A stretch of 51,918 nt of DNA from an uncultured bacterium (GTDB taxonomy: Bacteria > CSSED10-310 > CAZUFC01), in contig CAZUFC010000056.1 of the NCBI GenBank assembly GCA_964619725.1, positions 1 to 51,918 on the forward strand. Reading direction: 5' to 3'. How positions within the stretch are numbered: position 1 is the first letter of the stretch; every line of letters begins with the position of its first letter. Of this stretch, positions 23,349 through 32,751 are shown piece after piece. The position numbers and the translations under genes were made by a program. The notes under the pieces were generated by a model. That model was not told the origin of the DNA and did no database searches. It was given only the letters and a program-made list of their open reading frames with translations.

Positions 23349-23599
23349 TTCTTCGATTTCTCCTTTTACTGCCGCACGCTATTCCTCTTGCTTTAATGAC
23401 GGCGAGGATTCATGAATGCTAAATCCTGTTGCTCCCTGAAAATATCCTGCAATGCCGCTTACGCCGGAAGCAGAATCAGACGTTCAAACGGCGCCGCCTT
23501 CAAGAAAAAATTCTAAGACCGCGGCCATTATCCTGTCAAATTTAACCGTCACTCTCAAAGCATTTCCTTCTGCCGGTAAGATTTGGCAAAACTGCGCTG

Positions 23600-24256
23600 A
23601 TGAGTTATATTGTCTTCGTCATGGAACTGAACATCGACAAGATCGAAAAACGAATAAGCAGTCACGTGCCGCAGCGAATTTCCGACAAGGCTGCTCCCGC
23701 TCGCGCCGGCGTTTCTCTTATTATTCGGGCTGTTTCCGCGATGGATATACTGTTTATTAAACGGGCGAAGGCTCCTTGCGATCACTGGTCAGGGCATATG
23801 GCATTTCCCGGCGGACGCCAGGAACCGGACGATTCTGGAGTTCTGGAATGTGCAGTGAGAGAGACGTGGGAAGAAACCGGCCTTGATTTGAATGCCCAGG
23901 CTCGTGAACTGGGAGCGCTTGACGATATCAGGGCGGTAGCCGCCGGAAGAAAACTGCCTATGGCCATCACCCCTTTCGTTTTTTTAATGAAAAAAGCGGT
24001 CGAGGTAACAGTCAACTATGAAGTCGAAAGGTATTTCTGGATACCGGTGAAACATTTTTTCGATAAAAATAACCATACTGTGCGCCCCTATAAATATGAA
24101 GGCCGGACCTTTCAATTGCCGGCCTACGTGTATCAGGAACATATCATCTGGGGTCTGACCTTTCGGATTTTCCTGAATTTTCTTGACATAGCGGGACTAA
24201 CTCAGGCCATCCCCGACCATGAGTATGAAAAACTTTCCCGGTGGTTCAAAAAATGA
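23600..24256 (+). CDS. Nudix hydrolase, CoA pyrophosphatase subfamily
   Basis: SGHMAFPGG, AVRETWEETGL, IWGLT. The start may be the ATG at 23621. Confidence 0.9.
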   Translation: MSYIVFVMELNIDKIEKRISSHVPQRISDKAAPARAGVSLIIRAVSAMDILFIKRAKAPCDHWSGHMAFPGGRQEPDDSGVLECAVRETWEETGLDLNAQARELGALDDIRAVAAGRKLPMAITPFVFLMKKAVEVTVNYEVERYFWIPVKHFFDKNNHTVRPYKYEGRTFQLPAYVYQEHIIWGLTFRIFLNFLDIAGLTQAIPDHEYEKLSRWFKK

Positions 24257-24371
24257 ATCTGTTTTCAGCGCTTCAACTGAATTTCAGACTCTTTTCTGTC
24301 CGAAAATAATTCAGTAAATTATCTGCTTGAGATAAGCTGAAGGCTGATTGACGGGCTTCTATAGTCCGACT

Positions 24372-26882
24372 TCAATCATAGGACAGTTTCAGCCCCGTCA
24401 GTTCCTGAAACTTTTTCTGGATGCCGCGAAATTCTCTGGATGAGGGACGCCGGACTAAATGAAGCCTTATTTCCGATTTGGAAGGCAGATAGGATGGGTT
24501 TCTTTTCATGCGCCATTTGTCAGGCACAACATCTCGGGCGGTTTTTAACGCAAGTTCCTGATTGACGCGGGGATTATTGTAAATCTTCCAACCCGTTTTC
24601 TTTTCCAAATCACGGAACATTTTCCTGTACCTCTCTCCGATCTTACCAGAAATAAAAGAAAGCTCAATATAAGGCCCCTTGGAGCTCGTTTTCCTGCTTT
24701 TTCGATACGGCCGTTGAGGTTTGCCGGCAAACGCCCTGTCGACCTCCCGAAAAGCCGCATTTATTTCCATCTTGCCGTCCCCGGAAAAAACCTGTCGCGG
24801 AGCTGTATAAGAACTCTTTACGTTTCTTACGATCAGATCGAATCCTGTCGCTTCTTTGAACTCTTTCTGAACTGTTTTTAACTCTTCAGAATCCGGTTTG
24901 CTCAGCGTTTTAAGAGTAACCCTGCCTGATTCCCGGTGAATGGAGGGATTTGCAGCGACTTGCCATTCGGCCGGCGCCATCTCCTCCGCTTTTGCTTTTA
25001 AAGCGCCCTGATGAGTTTCCGGATTCACCGAAATTTTCCAGCCGCATTGCATTTCAATGGATTTGAGCATCTCTTTATAGACTTCAGCAGCCACTCTCGG
25101 AAAATAAAAATACAGAATTACAGTATTTTCCTCGTTTCTTACTCCGCACTTATACAATCCAGCCTGCTTCGGAAATATCTTTTTGATCTCTCGCTGTACT
25201 TTACCCTGTCGCCACTTTTTGCCGCTTCTGCGATTCAGCGCTTTCTGGTTAATTCGGTAAAGGAACGGCCGATGCGAATCGGCAAGAAGAACATCCGATT
25301 TCTCGATCAAACCCATTCCTTTTTCTATTTTTTCTGAAGGTATCTTACTGACGCCGTACCATACTTCCATAATTTCATTTACAGAGAATAAACGTCGACT
25401 GGAATTTTCAAGAGAATCCAGCAATTCCGCAATCTTCTTCAACCCGGCTTTGTTCAATTCCTTTCCCCGGCTGATTCCTTTTACTTCCGGATCGCCCGTC
25501 TTCTTCTGAAAATTCGTCGCTTTGCTCTGAAAATCAAAATCCAGAAATTCGCCGTTGACAGGCTGATGAATATCGCCCTCATGTCCCTTGCCCAGAAGCT
25601 CCGCCAGCCCTCCTCTGGAGTCGCCGTCGCCGTGAACCAGGATGATCTCATTCGGTTCCAACTTCCAGATCAATCCGGATATCTGCACTCCGTCTGCATG
25701 AGCCGAAAGGTTGTATTTATCGACCCGGCATTTAACAGGAAATGATTCCCCGTTAATTTTTAATTTTCGCTCCTTGCCGTCGGCCAGATTCAGCAGTTTA
25801 CGGCCCGGTGATTCTTCGTCCTGGTATCCCGTTACAGCAATCATGTTCTCGGGATTCTGAACGAAATGCTGAGCATAAAACTGGCTTGGTCCGCCCGTAA
25901 GCATCCCTGATGATGCCACTATACAGCAGGGCGGCCCCTCAATAATTTTCATCCGCTCTTCCGCAGTCATTACCGGCTTGATGTTTTTAAGCGAGTCAAA
26001 AAACGGGTCCCCTCTTTTCTGTACCTCTTTCTTCAATTTCTGCGTTAAATAAAAGGGAAATTTCCTGTAGGTGGAACATATGTTCTTCACCATGCCGTCA
26101 ACATGAATGGGAAATTTCGGCAACTTCTTGTTCCGCATCGCATTTTGCAGCGTTAATATCACTTCCTGCGCCCGCCCCAGTGCAAAAGCGGGGATCAAGA
26201 CTTTTCCATCCGCCTCCAGAGCTGATTGAACCTGCTTCACCAGCCTGGTCTCTTCCAGGTCCCGGTCAGCATGGAGCCTCGAACCATAAGTGGACTCCGA
26301 GATGATAAGGTGCGGATCGAAGTCAGGCAAAGGCATTCCGGCAACCGTCAACTGATCGTTCACGGAAATGTCGCCTGTTATAAAAACATTGCCCTCTTTC
26401 GTTTCTATACCTACAGATGCCGCCCCTGCAATATGTCCCGCAGGAAAGAAGGTAAACCTTATGTCCTCCTTAATCACGGTCGGCTGTATGTAATGAACCA
26501 GCTTCACGGCTTGCAGCATTTCCGACACTGCCGATTCAGCATATAACGGAATCTCCTTTTCTAACTCCCACTTGGATTCCATCAGTTTCAAGGTGTCGCC
26601 CAAGAGAATTCTTATCAGATTGAATGTCGGAGGAGTCATGTAAATAGGTACGGAAGGAAAGGCTTGTTTAACCACGGGTAAAGCCCCCGAATGATCCAGG
26701 TGGGCATGAGTCAAAATAATGCCCGCCAGCTCCTTGCCGTCCTGCAGTCCTGCAAGTCCGGGCAACCTCTGCCTTTTATTGAATCGAACGCCGCAGTCGA
26801 TCAGCAATCGGCTCTCCTTCAGTTCCAGCGCAATCGCTGATGCTCCTATTTCGTCCGCTCCGCCTAAAAACTCAACTCGCAC
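24372..26882 (-). CDS. MBL-fold beta-CASP ribonuclease with a long repeated C-terminal extension
   Basis: THAHLDH, AGHIAG, ESTYG, PAFALGRAQE, SSGML, GYQ, SAHAD, VHG; GAGGAGG RBS. Confidence 0.9.
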   Translation of the reverse strand: MRVEFLGGADEIGASAIALELKESRLLIDCGVRFNKRQRLPGLAGLQDGKELAGIILTHAHLDHSGALPVVKQAFPSVPIYMTPPTFNLIRILLGDTLKLMESKWELEKEIPLYAESAVSEMLQAVKLVHYIQPTVIKEDIRFTFFPAGHIAGAASVGIETKEGNVFITGDISVNDQLTVAGMPLPDFDPHLIISESTYGSRLHADRDLEETRLVKQVQSALEADGKVLIPAFALGRAQEVILTLQNAMRNKKLPKFPIHVDGMVKNICSTYRKFPFYLTQKLKKEVQKRGDPFFDSLKNIKPVMTAEERMKIIEGPPCCIVASSGMLTGGPSQFYAQHFVQNPENMIAVTGYQDEESPGRKLLNLADGKERKLKINGESFPVKCRVDKYNLSAHADGVQISGLIWKLEPNEIILVHGDGDSRGGLAELLGKGHEGDIHQPVNGEFLDFDFQSKATNFQKKTGDPEVKGISRGKELNKAGLKKIAELLDSLENSSRRLFSVNEIMEVWYGVSKIPSEKIEKGMGLIEKSDVLLADSHRPFLYRINQKALNRRSGKKWRQGKVQREIKKIFPKQAGLYKCGVRNEENTVILYFYFPRVAAEVYKEMLKSIEMQCGWKISVNPETHQGALKAKAEEMAPAEWQVAANPSIHRESGRVTLKTLSKPDSEELKTVQKEFKEATGFDLIVRNVKSSYTAPRQVFSGDGKMEINAAFREVDRAFAGKPQRPYRKSRKTSSKGPYIELSFISGKIGERYRKMFRDLEKKTGWKIYNNPRVNQELALKTARDVVPDKWRMKRNPSYLPSKSEIRLHLVRRPSSREFRGIQKKFQELTGLKLSYD

Positions 26883-27045
26883 GACCTACCTCCTCCTCGC
26901 ATCCTGAAATGCATTCCGTATATTTTTCATTATTTTTAATTGCCCTGCAAACATAAATTGTTTTCCGCTTTTTCGCAAGTTCTTCAACATCATTCAGCCG
27001 TATTTACTACAAGACAAACTCATTCCCAGGGAATGACCCTGAAAA

Positions 27046-28911
27046 CTAGTTCTCCCTTACCTCGATTATCTTGGCATTAAATACGTCAACGATCTTTTTT
27101 ATCATCGGGTCCTTCAGCGCTTCTTCCTTCAGCTCCCTGCTGTGCTTCTTTTTCTCCTGTTCGCTCATCCTCTGCAAGGACATAACCTTTTCTTTCTGCG
27201 TCACTACAGAGAGTCTGAAAACATCGCCCAAATATTCACTTAAACAGTTCCTTACAATTTTAAGACTGTTGCCCGATTTTAAATATTGCTGATAAAAGGA
27301 AGCGCCGTTTTCATCGAATACAATTTCCGCTCCGTCCTCTGTCCACCTTAAAGCGCAATTTTTCAACGCCGTCGATAATGTGACGTTGCCTTTTCCGACA
27401 CGCTTTACTATTTGCTCCAAGGCCTTCATTGGGTCTTCGGGTTTTTCCAGTTTCTCGACCACCTTCCCCGAATCTCTATCAAACGAAGCGATATCCTCGT
27501 CTTCCTTTTCTGCCGCCTCCCCTTCCATAACTTCAAGCCTGTCCTCCCCTTCCGTATCTTCTTCTGCCGGCTCATCTCTCTTCGCCTCAGTCTTCAACGC
27601 GCCTTCCGCATCCTCCTTCAACGGCGGCTTATCTTCAGAAACCGCTCTTTTCGCGACATCGCCTGAATGACTCGCCGGCCGCACAGGCGGTTTCGTCGGG
27701 CCGCTATTCTGCAGAGAAGCGCTGCTCTGCATACGTCCGGTTTCAGATTTACTGGAATTATCGTTCACAGCTTGAGCCGGCAGCGAGTCCAGTCTTTGTA
27801 AAACGGAATCCAGAGATTCCAGTTCTTTCATTCTGCACAATTGTATCAGAGCAGCGTCAATGATCAGACGCGGCGATTCTGAACGTTTAATCTCCTGATC
27901 CAACGTCGACAGCATCCTGAAATAAAGGCTTAGTCGATCTATGTCCACTGAAGCCGCCGACTTGCGCATTCCGGCTATTTCCGCATCATCACGCTCTATT
28001 ATGTCGAAACTCTTTTCCGATACTTTTATCACCATCAAGTCACGAACATACTCTATCAGTTCCGGGACGAATCTCTGTATATCGCCCCCGCTGTCGATGA
28101 ATCGGGAAAATGTTTCGATTACACGGGCAGCATCGCCTCGGATAATCGACTGAACTATTCCGTTGAGCAGGTCCGGGTCCATCTTCCCCAACAGCATAAG
28201 GATCGATTCGTCGTCAATCTGCTCTCCACAATAAGCGATAACCTGGTCCAGCAAACTCTGTCCGTCCCGCATGCTGCCGTCCGCCATCCTGGCGATTAGC
28301 TTTAATCCCTTATCCGAAATCCTGATCGACTCCTTTTCGCAAATATCCTTCAAACTCTTGAATATCGTCGCTACGTCGATCCTTCGAAATTCATACCTCT
28401 GACATCGGGATAAAATCGTCGCAGGCACCTTGTGTATCTCCGTCGTCGCTAAAATGAATTTCCCGTGCGCAGGCGGTTCCTCAAGCGTCTTCAACAGAGC
28501 GTTAAACGCTTCACGAGTCACCATGTGCACTTCATCGATTATATACACCTTATACTGGACGGAGGACGGCGAATATCTTATGTTTTCCCGTAGCTCCCTG
28601 ATGTCGTCGATCCCGCGGTTGGATGCCCCGTCTATTTCCAGAACGTCCATGCATTGACCCGAAGATATCTCCCGGCAACTGCGACATTCATTGCAGGGGT
28701 CAGAACCCTTTCGGTTCAGACAATTTATCGCCTTCGTCAATATGCGGGCCGTCGTCGTTTTGCCTACACCGCGCGGACCAGCAAATAAAAATGCATGGCC
28801 TACCTTATCCGAAAACACTGCATTGGATAAAGAACGAGTTACATGCTCCTGACCGGCGACATCCATGAAAACTTCAGGGCGATATTTCCTTGCTATAACT
28901 AAATACGACAT
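27046..28911 (-). CDS. dnaX: DNA polymerase III subunit gamma/tau
   Basis: ARKYRP, GPRGVGKTT, Cys cluster, EIDGASNRG, IIDEVHM, NALLKTLEEPP, SRC. Confidence 0.98.
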   Translation of the reverse strand: MSYLVIARKYRPEVFMDVAGQEHVTRSLSNAVFSDKVGHAFLFAGPRGVGKTTTARILTKAINCLNRKGSDPCNECRSCREISSGQCMDVLEIDGASNRGIDDIRELRENIRYSPSSVQYKVYIIDEVHMVTREAFNALLKTLEEPPAHGKFILATTEIHKVPATILSRCQRYEFRRIDVATIFKSLKDICEKESIRISDKGLKLIARMADGSMRDGQSLLDQVIAYCGEQIDDESILMLLGKMDPDLLNGIVQSIIRGDAARVIETFSRFIDSGGDIQRFVPELIEYVRDLMVIKVSEKSFDIIERDDAEIAGMRKSAASVDIDRLSLYFRMLSTLDQEIKRSESPRLIIDAALIQLCRMKELESLDSVLQRLDSLPAQAVNDNSSKSETGRMQSSASLQNSGPTKPPVRPASHSGDVAKRAVSEDKPPLKEDAEGALKTEAKRDEPAEEDTEGEDRLEVMEGEAAEKEDEDIASFDRDSGKVVEKLEKPEDPMKALEQIVKRVGKGNVTLSTALKNCALRWTEDGAEIVFDENGASFYQQYLKSGNSLKIVRNCLSEYLGDVFRLSVVTQKEKVMSLQRMSEQEKKKHSRELKEEALKDPMIKKIVDVFNAKIIEVREN

Positions 28912-29056
28912 AATTCAATCAAGAATGATCGCAACGAAATCTCGATTATTGAAAACGACTTAATCCTCTTCTCCGTTAAACATTAACATAACCGAAAGTA
29001 ATTACAAACGAAAAAATTATCCCGACCGGTCATGTACCGACCGGGACCATTTTTTC

Positions 29057-29329
29057 CGGCCGTGCACCCTTCCTCGATCCCGCCTCCAAAGCGATGCAGG
29101 ACCAAAACGACTCCGGCCAGGCAACCTCATAACACACGGAAACTTTTGCTTAATGCTGCTACCTTCCGGTCCTGACATGATTCACAAAGCTCCGTTGCAT
29201 GAGACCCAGCCTTCAACGCCGCCTGATCCAGCCTGACCAGTGGAGAACGAAAACCTCAGAAGGGAATTCGACCCCGCTATAGCGGATTTCGGGTTCAGGA
29301 CACCGCTAACGCCCCGTCTAGCACGGCCT
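29057..29329 (-). ncRNA. ffs: Signal recognition particle RNA, large (Alu-containing) bacterial type
   Basis: Minus strand GGCCGTGCTAGACGGGG…TCAGGACCGGAAGGTAGCAGC…GGGTGCACGGCC, with complementary ends; about 270 nt; upstream of dnaX. Confidence 0.93.
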
Positions 29330-29335
29330 GTATTG

Positions 29336-29428
29336 TGGCGGAGAGAGTGGGATTCGAACCCACGAGGCAGCGTTAGCCGCCCACGCGATTTCCAATCGCG
29401 CTCCTTAAGCCGGCTCGGACATCTCTCC
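29336..29428 (-). tRNA. tRNA-Ser(GGA)
   Basis: GGAGAGA…CGCGA TTGGAAA TCGCG, long variable arm, GGTTCGAATCC, CCA end. Confidence 0.96.
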
Positions 29429-29475
29429 CTATTCTTCATAATCCTATTCTATTTTTGATTCCTGACTTCTTTAAA

Positions 29476-29569
29476 TGGCGGAGAGGGTGGGATTCGAACC
29501 CACGTGGGAGCTTCAAACCCCCAAGTCGATTTCGAGTCGACCCCGTTACGACCACTTCGGTACCTCTCC
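29476..29569 (-). tRNA. tRNA-Ser(CGA)
   Basis: GGAGAGG…GTCGA CTCGAAA TCGAC, long variable arm, TTCGAATCC, CCA end. Confidence 0.96.
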
Positions 29570-29587
29570 GCATGTGCTCCTCATGTT

Positions 29588-30067
29588 TCATGACCCCTTT
29601 TTAACTGCGTCCCGCTCAATGCGCCGCCTTCGAAAAAATCCTCTTAACAGCTCCGCACTCTCCTCGCTCATTATTCCTGAATGAATCCTCACCCGATGGT
29701 TGAACAATCCTTCCTCAAAAACATTAATCACCGATCCCGCTGCTCCGAATTTCACATCTCTCGCTCCGAAATATACGGCATCGATACGCGCTAAAATGGA
29801 GGCCATGGCGCACATCGGACACGGTTCCAACGTAACAAAAAGACTCAAACCTGTCAACCGTCTCTTTCCTAATTTTCTTGAGGCTGATTTCAGCGCCAGC
29901 ATTTCTGCATGAGCCGCGGCATCTCTCAATGATTCAACCCTGTTGCAGTCTGCTGCGACTATTGAATCGCCGGCGACCAGGACTGCGCCCACAGGCACTT
30001 CCTCTATGGCGGCAGCTTTGCCTGCCCATTCCAGCGCAATGCGCATCCATTTTTCAGCATCAACCAT
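29588..30067 (-). CDS. tadA: tRNA adenosine(34) deaminase
   Basis: EVPVGAV, HAE, TLEPCPMC. Likely start is the ATG at 30067 (MVDAEKWM), not 30241. Confidence 0.93.
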   Translation of the reverse strand: MVDAEKWMRIALEWAGKAAAIEEVPVGAVLVAGDSIVAADCNRVESLRDAAAHAEMLALKSASRKLGKRRLTGLSLFVTLEPCPMCAMASILARIDAVYFGARDVKFGAAGSVINVFEEGLFNHRVRIHSGIMSEESAELLRGFFRRRRIERDAVKKGS

Positions 30068-30074
30068 AATATCT

Positions 30075-31655
30075 TTACAAACGAAACGTGGTTTCCAACT
30101 TCCAGCCGTCAAATTCCGGCTCTTCCCTGCAGACTCCTCCGCTGCATACCAGGCCTCCGGGCGATTCGCCGTAAAACAGTTTAACGGTGAGTCGATTGAG
30201 AGGAGTAGTTTCCAGAGCGTAATTCCATAATTCCAGATCATCTTCCGTATAATTCCAGACGTAACCTACCGTCGCCGTCAGATAGGGACTCCATATGCCG
30301 CTTATGCTCGCTTCATGCTGTTTGTCATACAGGTATACGTCCTCGATATCGGGATTCTCGAAAAACAAAACATCCCGTTGAGTCCGCCTTTTCAGATCAA
30401 ACTGGATGCTCAGAATATCGGTCGCATAGAAAACGAAATCCAGCAGCCACAGATTACGTATTATTTCTTCGTTGCCGCCCTCATTGTCCGTTTCTCTCCG
30501 GCCCAGTGAAGTCTCCAGGTAAAAGCGATCGAAGTTCTGTTCGACGCCGCCGAAATAATGAATTATGTCCTTGTCCCCTTCCTGGTTTTCATAAATGCCG
30601 AATGAAACGTACGTCAAAGTATCCGTCGGCGTTAAAAACAGGTCGGCTCGCAATCTCCCGCCCTTTACATCGTCAAAATCGTTGGTTTCAATGTCCCTGT
30701 CGGTGGAAGGAGGCAAATTATATGAATAAGGCGTCTCTCCCGCAGGATATTTCAGGCCTTCGTAGTCATTGTATTCGGCCAGAAGCACCAAAGATTTCCA
30801 GGCCCAGGATGCCCCCAGATAAAAGCCCCTGCCTTTGTCGCTTTCCAATTGAGCAGAGTAGTAATCTCCGCCGAAGTCCTTTAAAATGGCTGAATATTCC
30901 GCATAAACGTCAAGGTTATCCTGGAATAATGAAAAATGCAGGTCAGCGCCGTAAATCCTGTAATATCCCCTTCCGCCCCAATATTCTTCCACATCTCCAT
31001 ATAACCCGGAAAATCCGAATTCCGCCGCATTTTTTATCTTAAATTGAACACGTCCGCCCCCCAACTTATCTTCCCGGTAGATATCACTCCGCGGATATAT
31101 CCTTTCCACCTTTCCTCCCAGCAAGGTCAAATCCAAGTATTTCGTCGTTAACTCGCCGTATCCGCCGTCCATGGAATCCTCAAGCAGCAGCGCCTCATCC
31201 CTTTGAATATGCAGAACCAGGCCCCGTCCTAAAGTGACGTAACTGTCTCCAAGACGAAGAAAAAACGGTTCCTTTCTCACTTCCAGAAACCTCTTCTCCA
31301 GATTGAAGGTCTTTTCCTCTTTGTAGTCCTCCGGTATGTGATCTCCAAGCGAATAGTATTTCTGAGTTTTCAGGCGGATGCCCAGGGTGATTTCCGAGGA
31401 TTGAAGGTTTATATCCAGGTTGTTTCGGAATTCCCGGTAATGTTTCGAATATTGCTTCTGAGTTTCCTTATCCAGCGCCGTGTATTCGTTCCAGGCCGTA
31501 TACATGTACTCAGTGGCAAAGAACGAAAATTCCCCCAGTTTGGGTATGTCAAAGGAAAAACCCTTTACGCCGGTCCAGGCCGAAATCGATACAAGAAAAA
31601 AAGAGAAAACAAGACTAATGCCGTAACGGACGATTCTTTTCCTCCTGCAGCACAT
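30075..31655 (-). CDS. Large outer-membrane beta-barrel with a C-terminal GGLVCSGGVCR motif (DUF6029-like)
   Basis: Signal peptide, amphipathic strands, GDSYVTLGRGL, terminal …ETTFRL; TAATG coupling to the upstream TlpA gene. Confidence 0.7.
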   Translation of the reverse strand: MCCRRKRIVRYGISLVFSFFLVSISAWTGVKGFSFDIPKLGEFSFFATEYMYTAWNEYTALDKETQKQYSKHYREFRNNLDINLQSSEITLGIRLKTQKYYSLGDHIPEDYKEEKTFNLEKRFLEVRKEPFFLRLGDSYVTLGRGLVLHIQRDEALLLEDSMDGGYGELTTKYLDLTLLGGKVERIYPRSDIYREDKLGGGRVQFKIKNAAEFGFSGLYGDVEEYWGGRGYYRIYGADLHFSLFQDNLDVYAEYSAILKDFGGDYYSAQLESDKGRGFYLGASWAWKSLVLLAEYNDYEGLKYPAGETPYSYNLPPSTDRDIETNDFDDVKGGRLRADLFLTPTDTLTYVSFGIYENQEGDKDIIHYFGGVEQNFDRFYLETSLGRRETDNEGGNEEIIRNLWLLDFVFYATDILSIQFDLKRRTQRDVLFFENPDIEDVYLYDKQHEASISGIWSPYLTATVGYVWNYTEDDLELWNYALETTPLNRLTVKLFYGESPGGLVCSGGVCREEPEFDGWKLETTFRL

Positions 31656-32188
31656 TATTCCTTCTCCTCATCCTTTTTTTCGCCCTTGAGAAGCGATTCG
31701 GTCAGCTCGAAAAGCAGCTTTTCGTCTCCCTTTTTATAGCCGTCGAATATTTTGACTATATTTCCGTCTTTTCCGATTAACACGGAATAAGGCAATGTTC
31801 TTTTCGGATTGTATTTGTCGATCACGGTGCTGTTCTGATCCAGCAATACCGTGAAGGTGTATTTATACCTTTTCATGTATGCCTTTAGTTTCGATAGATT
31901 CTTGGCTGGATCGTTACTGATGGTCAATGCCAGAAATCCCTGTTCTTTCCATTTTTCATGGAGTTTCTGAATTTCCGGCAATTCCCGGCGGCAGGGCCGG
32001 CACCAGGTAGCCCAGAAATTGATCAATATGACTTTCTCGCCCAGGTGATCTTTCAGAGACATCATATCGCCGCTTAAAGTTTTCAATTGAAATTTCGGAG
32101 GCGAAACCGCGTCGCATGTAGCCGTCCATGCCTGGAAAACCGCAAACGACAGAGTTAACGCGCCAATTATCTTGGTTACCCTTGACAT
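31655..32188 (-). CDS. Exported TlpA/ResA-like thiol-disulfide oxidoreductase
   Basis: Signal peptide, NFWATWCRPCRRELP, cis-Pro TLP. Confidence 0.93.
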   Translation of the reverse strand: MSRVTKIIGALTLSFAVFQAWTATCDAVSPPKFQLKTLSGDMMSLKDHLGEKVILINFWATWCRPCRRELPEIQKLHEKWKEQGFLALTISNDPAKNLSKLKAYMKRYKYTFTVLLDQNSTVIDKYNPKRTLPYSVLIGKDGNIVKIFDGYKKGDEKLLFELTESLLKGEKKDEEKE

Positions 32189-32751
32189 CGATTCCTACTC
32201 CCTTCCTGTTGGGTTTAGGTCTTCGGCCGTCAAAACAGTTGAATCCGATACTTTTTGACGGCCGGCAGGCTTGTCCCGGTTTCGGATAAACCTGAAAACT
32301 CAGCGCATATTACAATGACTGCTGAAGGTTTTCAAGAAAATTCAAAAATCACTCGAAATAAGAAAAAAAAGCAACGCGATTTTCCCTTTGTAAAAACACT
32401 GGTGAAAGCCGTATTCTTCGATTGCGATTATGCACGTTATCACGAGCAATAAAAGATGTTCAACGTATGACGACCGCAGTCCGTTTCCTCAACTGTTCAA
32501 AACCAAAAACAGAATCTCTAATCAGCGGCTGTCCCTAATCCCGATTGCGGGTTCAAACTTGGCGGTGATCAAAATACCCATGTTGTTGGAAACGATCGCA
32601 AAGATTCCGTAACCGCGGACAGCGCTGATTATCAGGGAAAAAAGAAGAAGCGATACGTAATAATTGCCCCCCCATTTGATCAGTCCCTGAAGCTTTAATG
32701 CGGCGCTTCCGTGTCTGATCCAATCTCCGCCGGGGAAAGCTCTTTATTGCG

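Noticed and set aside
29336-29569. Possible tRNA-Sec near the selenoprotein
   Set aside because: The anticodons are GGA and CGA with ordinary serine tRNA features; no selC is in the window.
29182-29684. Short ORFs over the ffs/tRNA region
   Set aside because: They overlap the SRP RNA and tRNAs; spurious.
30068-30241. N-terminal extension of TadA
   Set aside because: Overlaps the barrel gene's 3' end; the TadA-like sequence starts at 30067.
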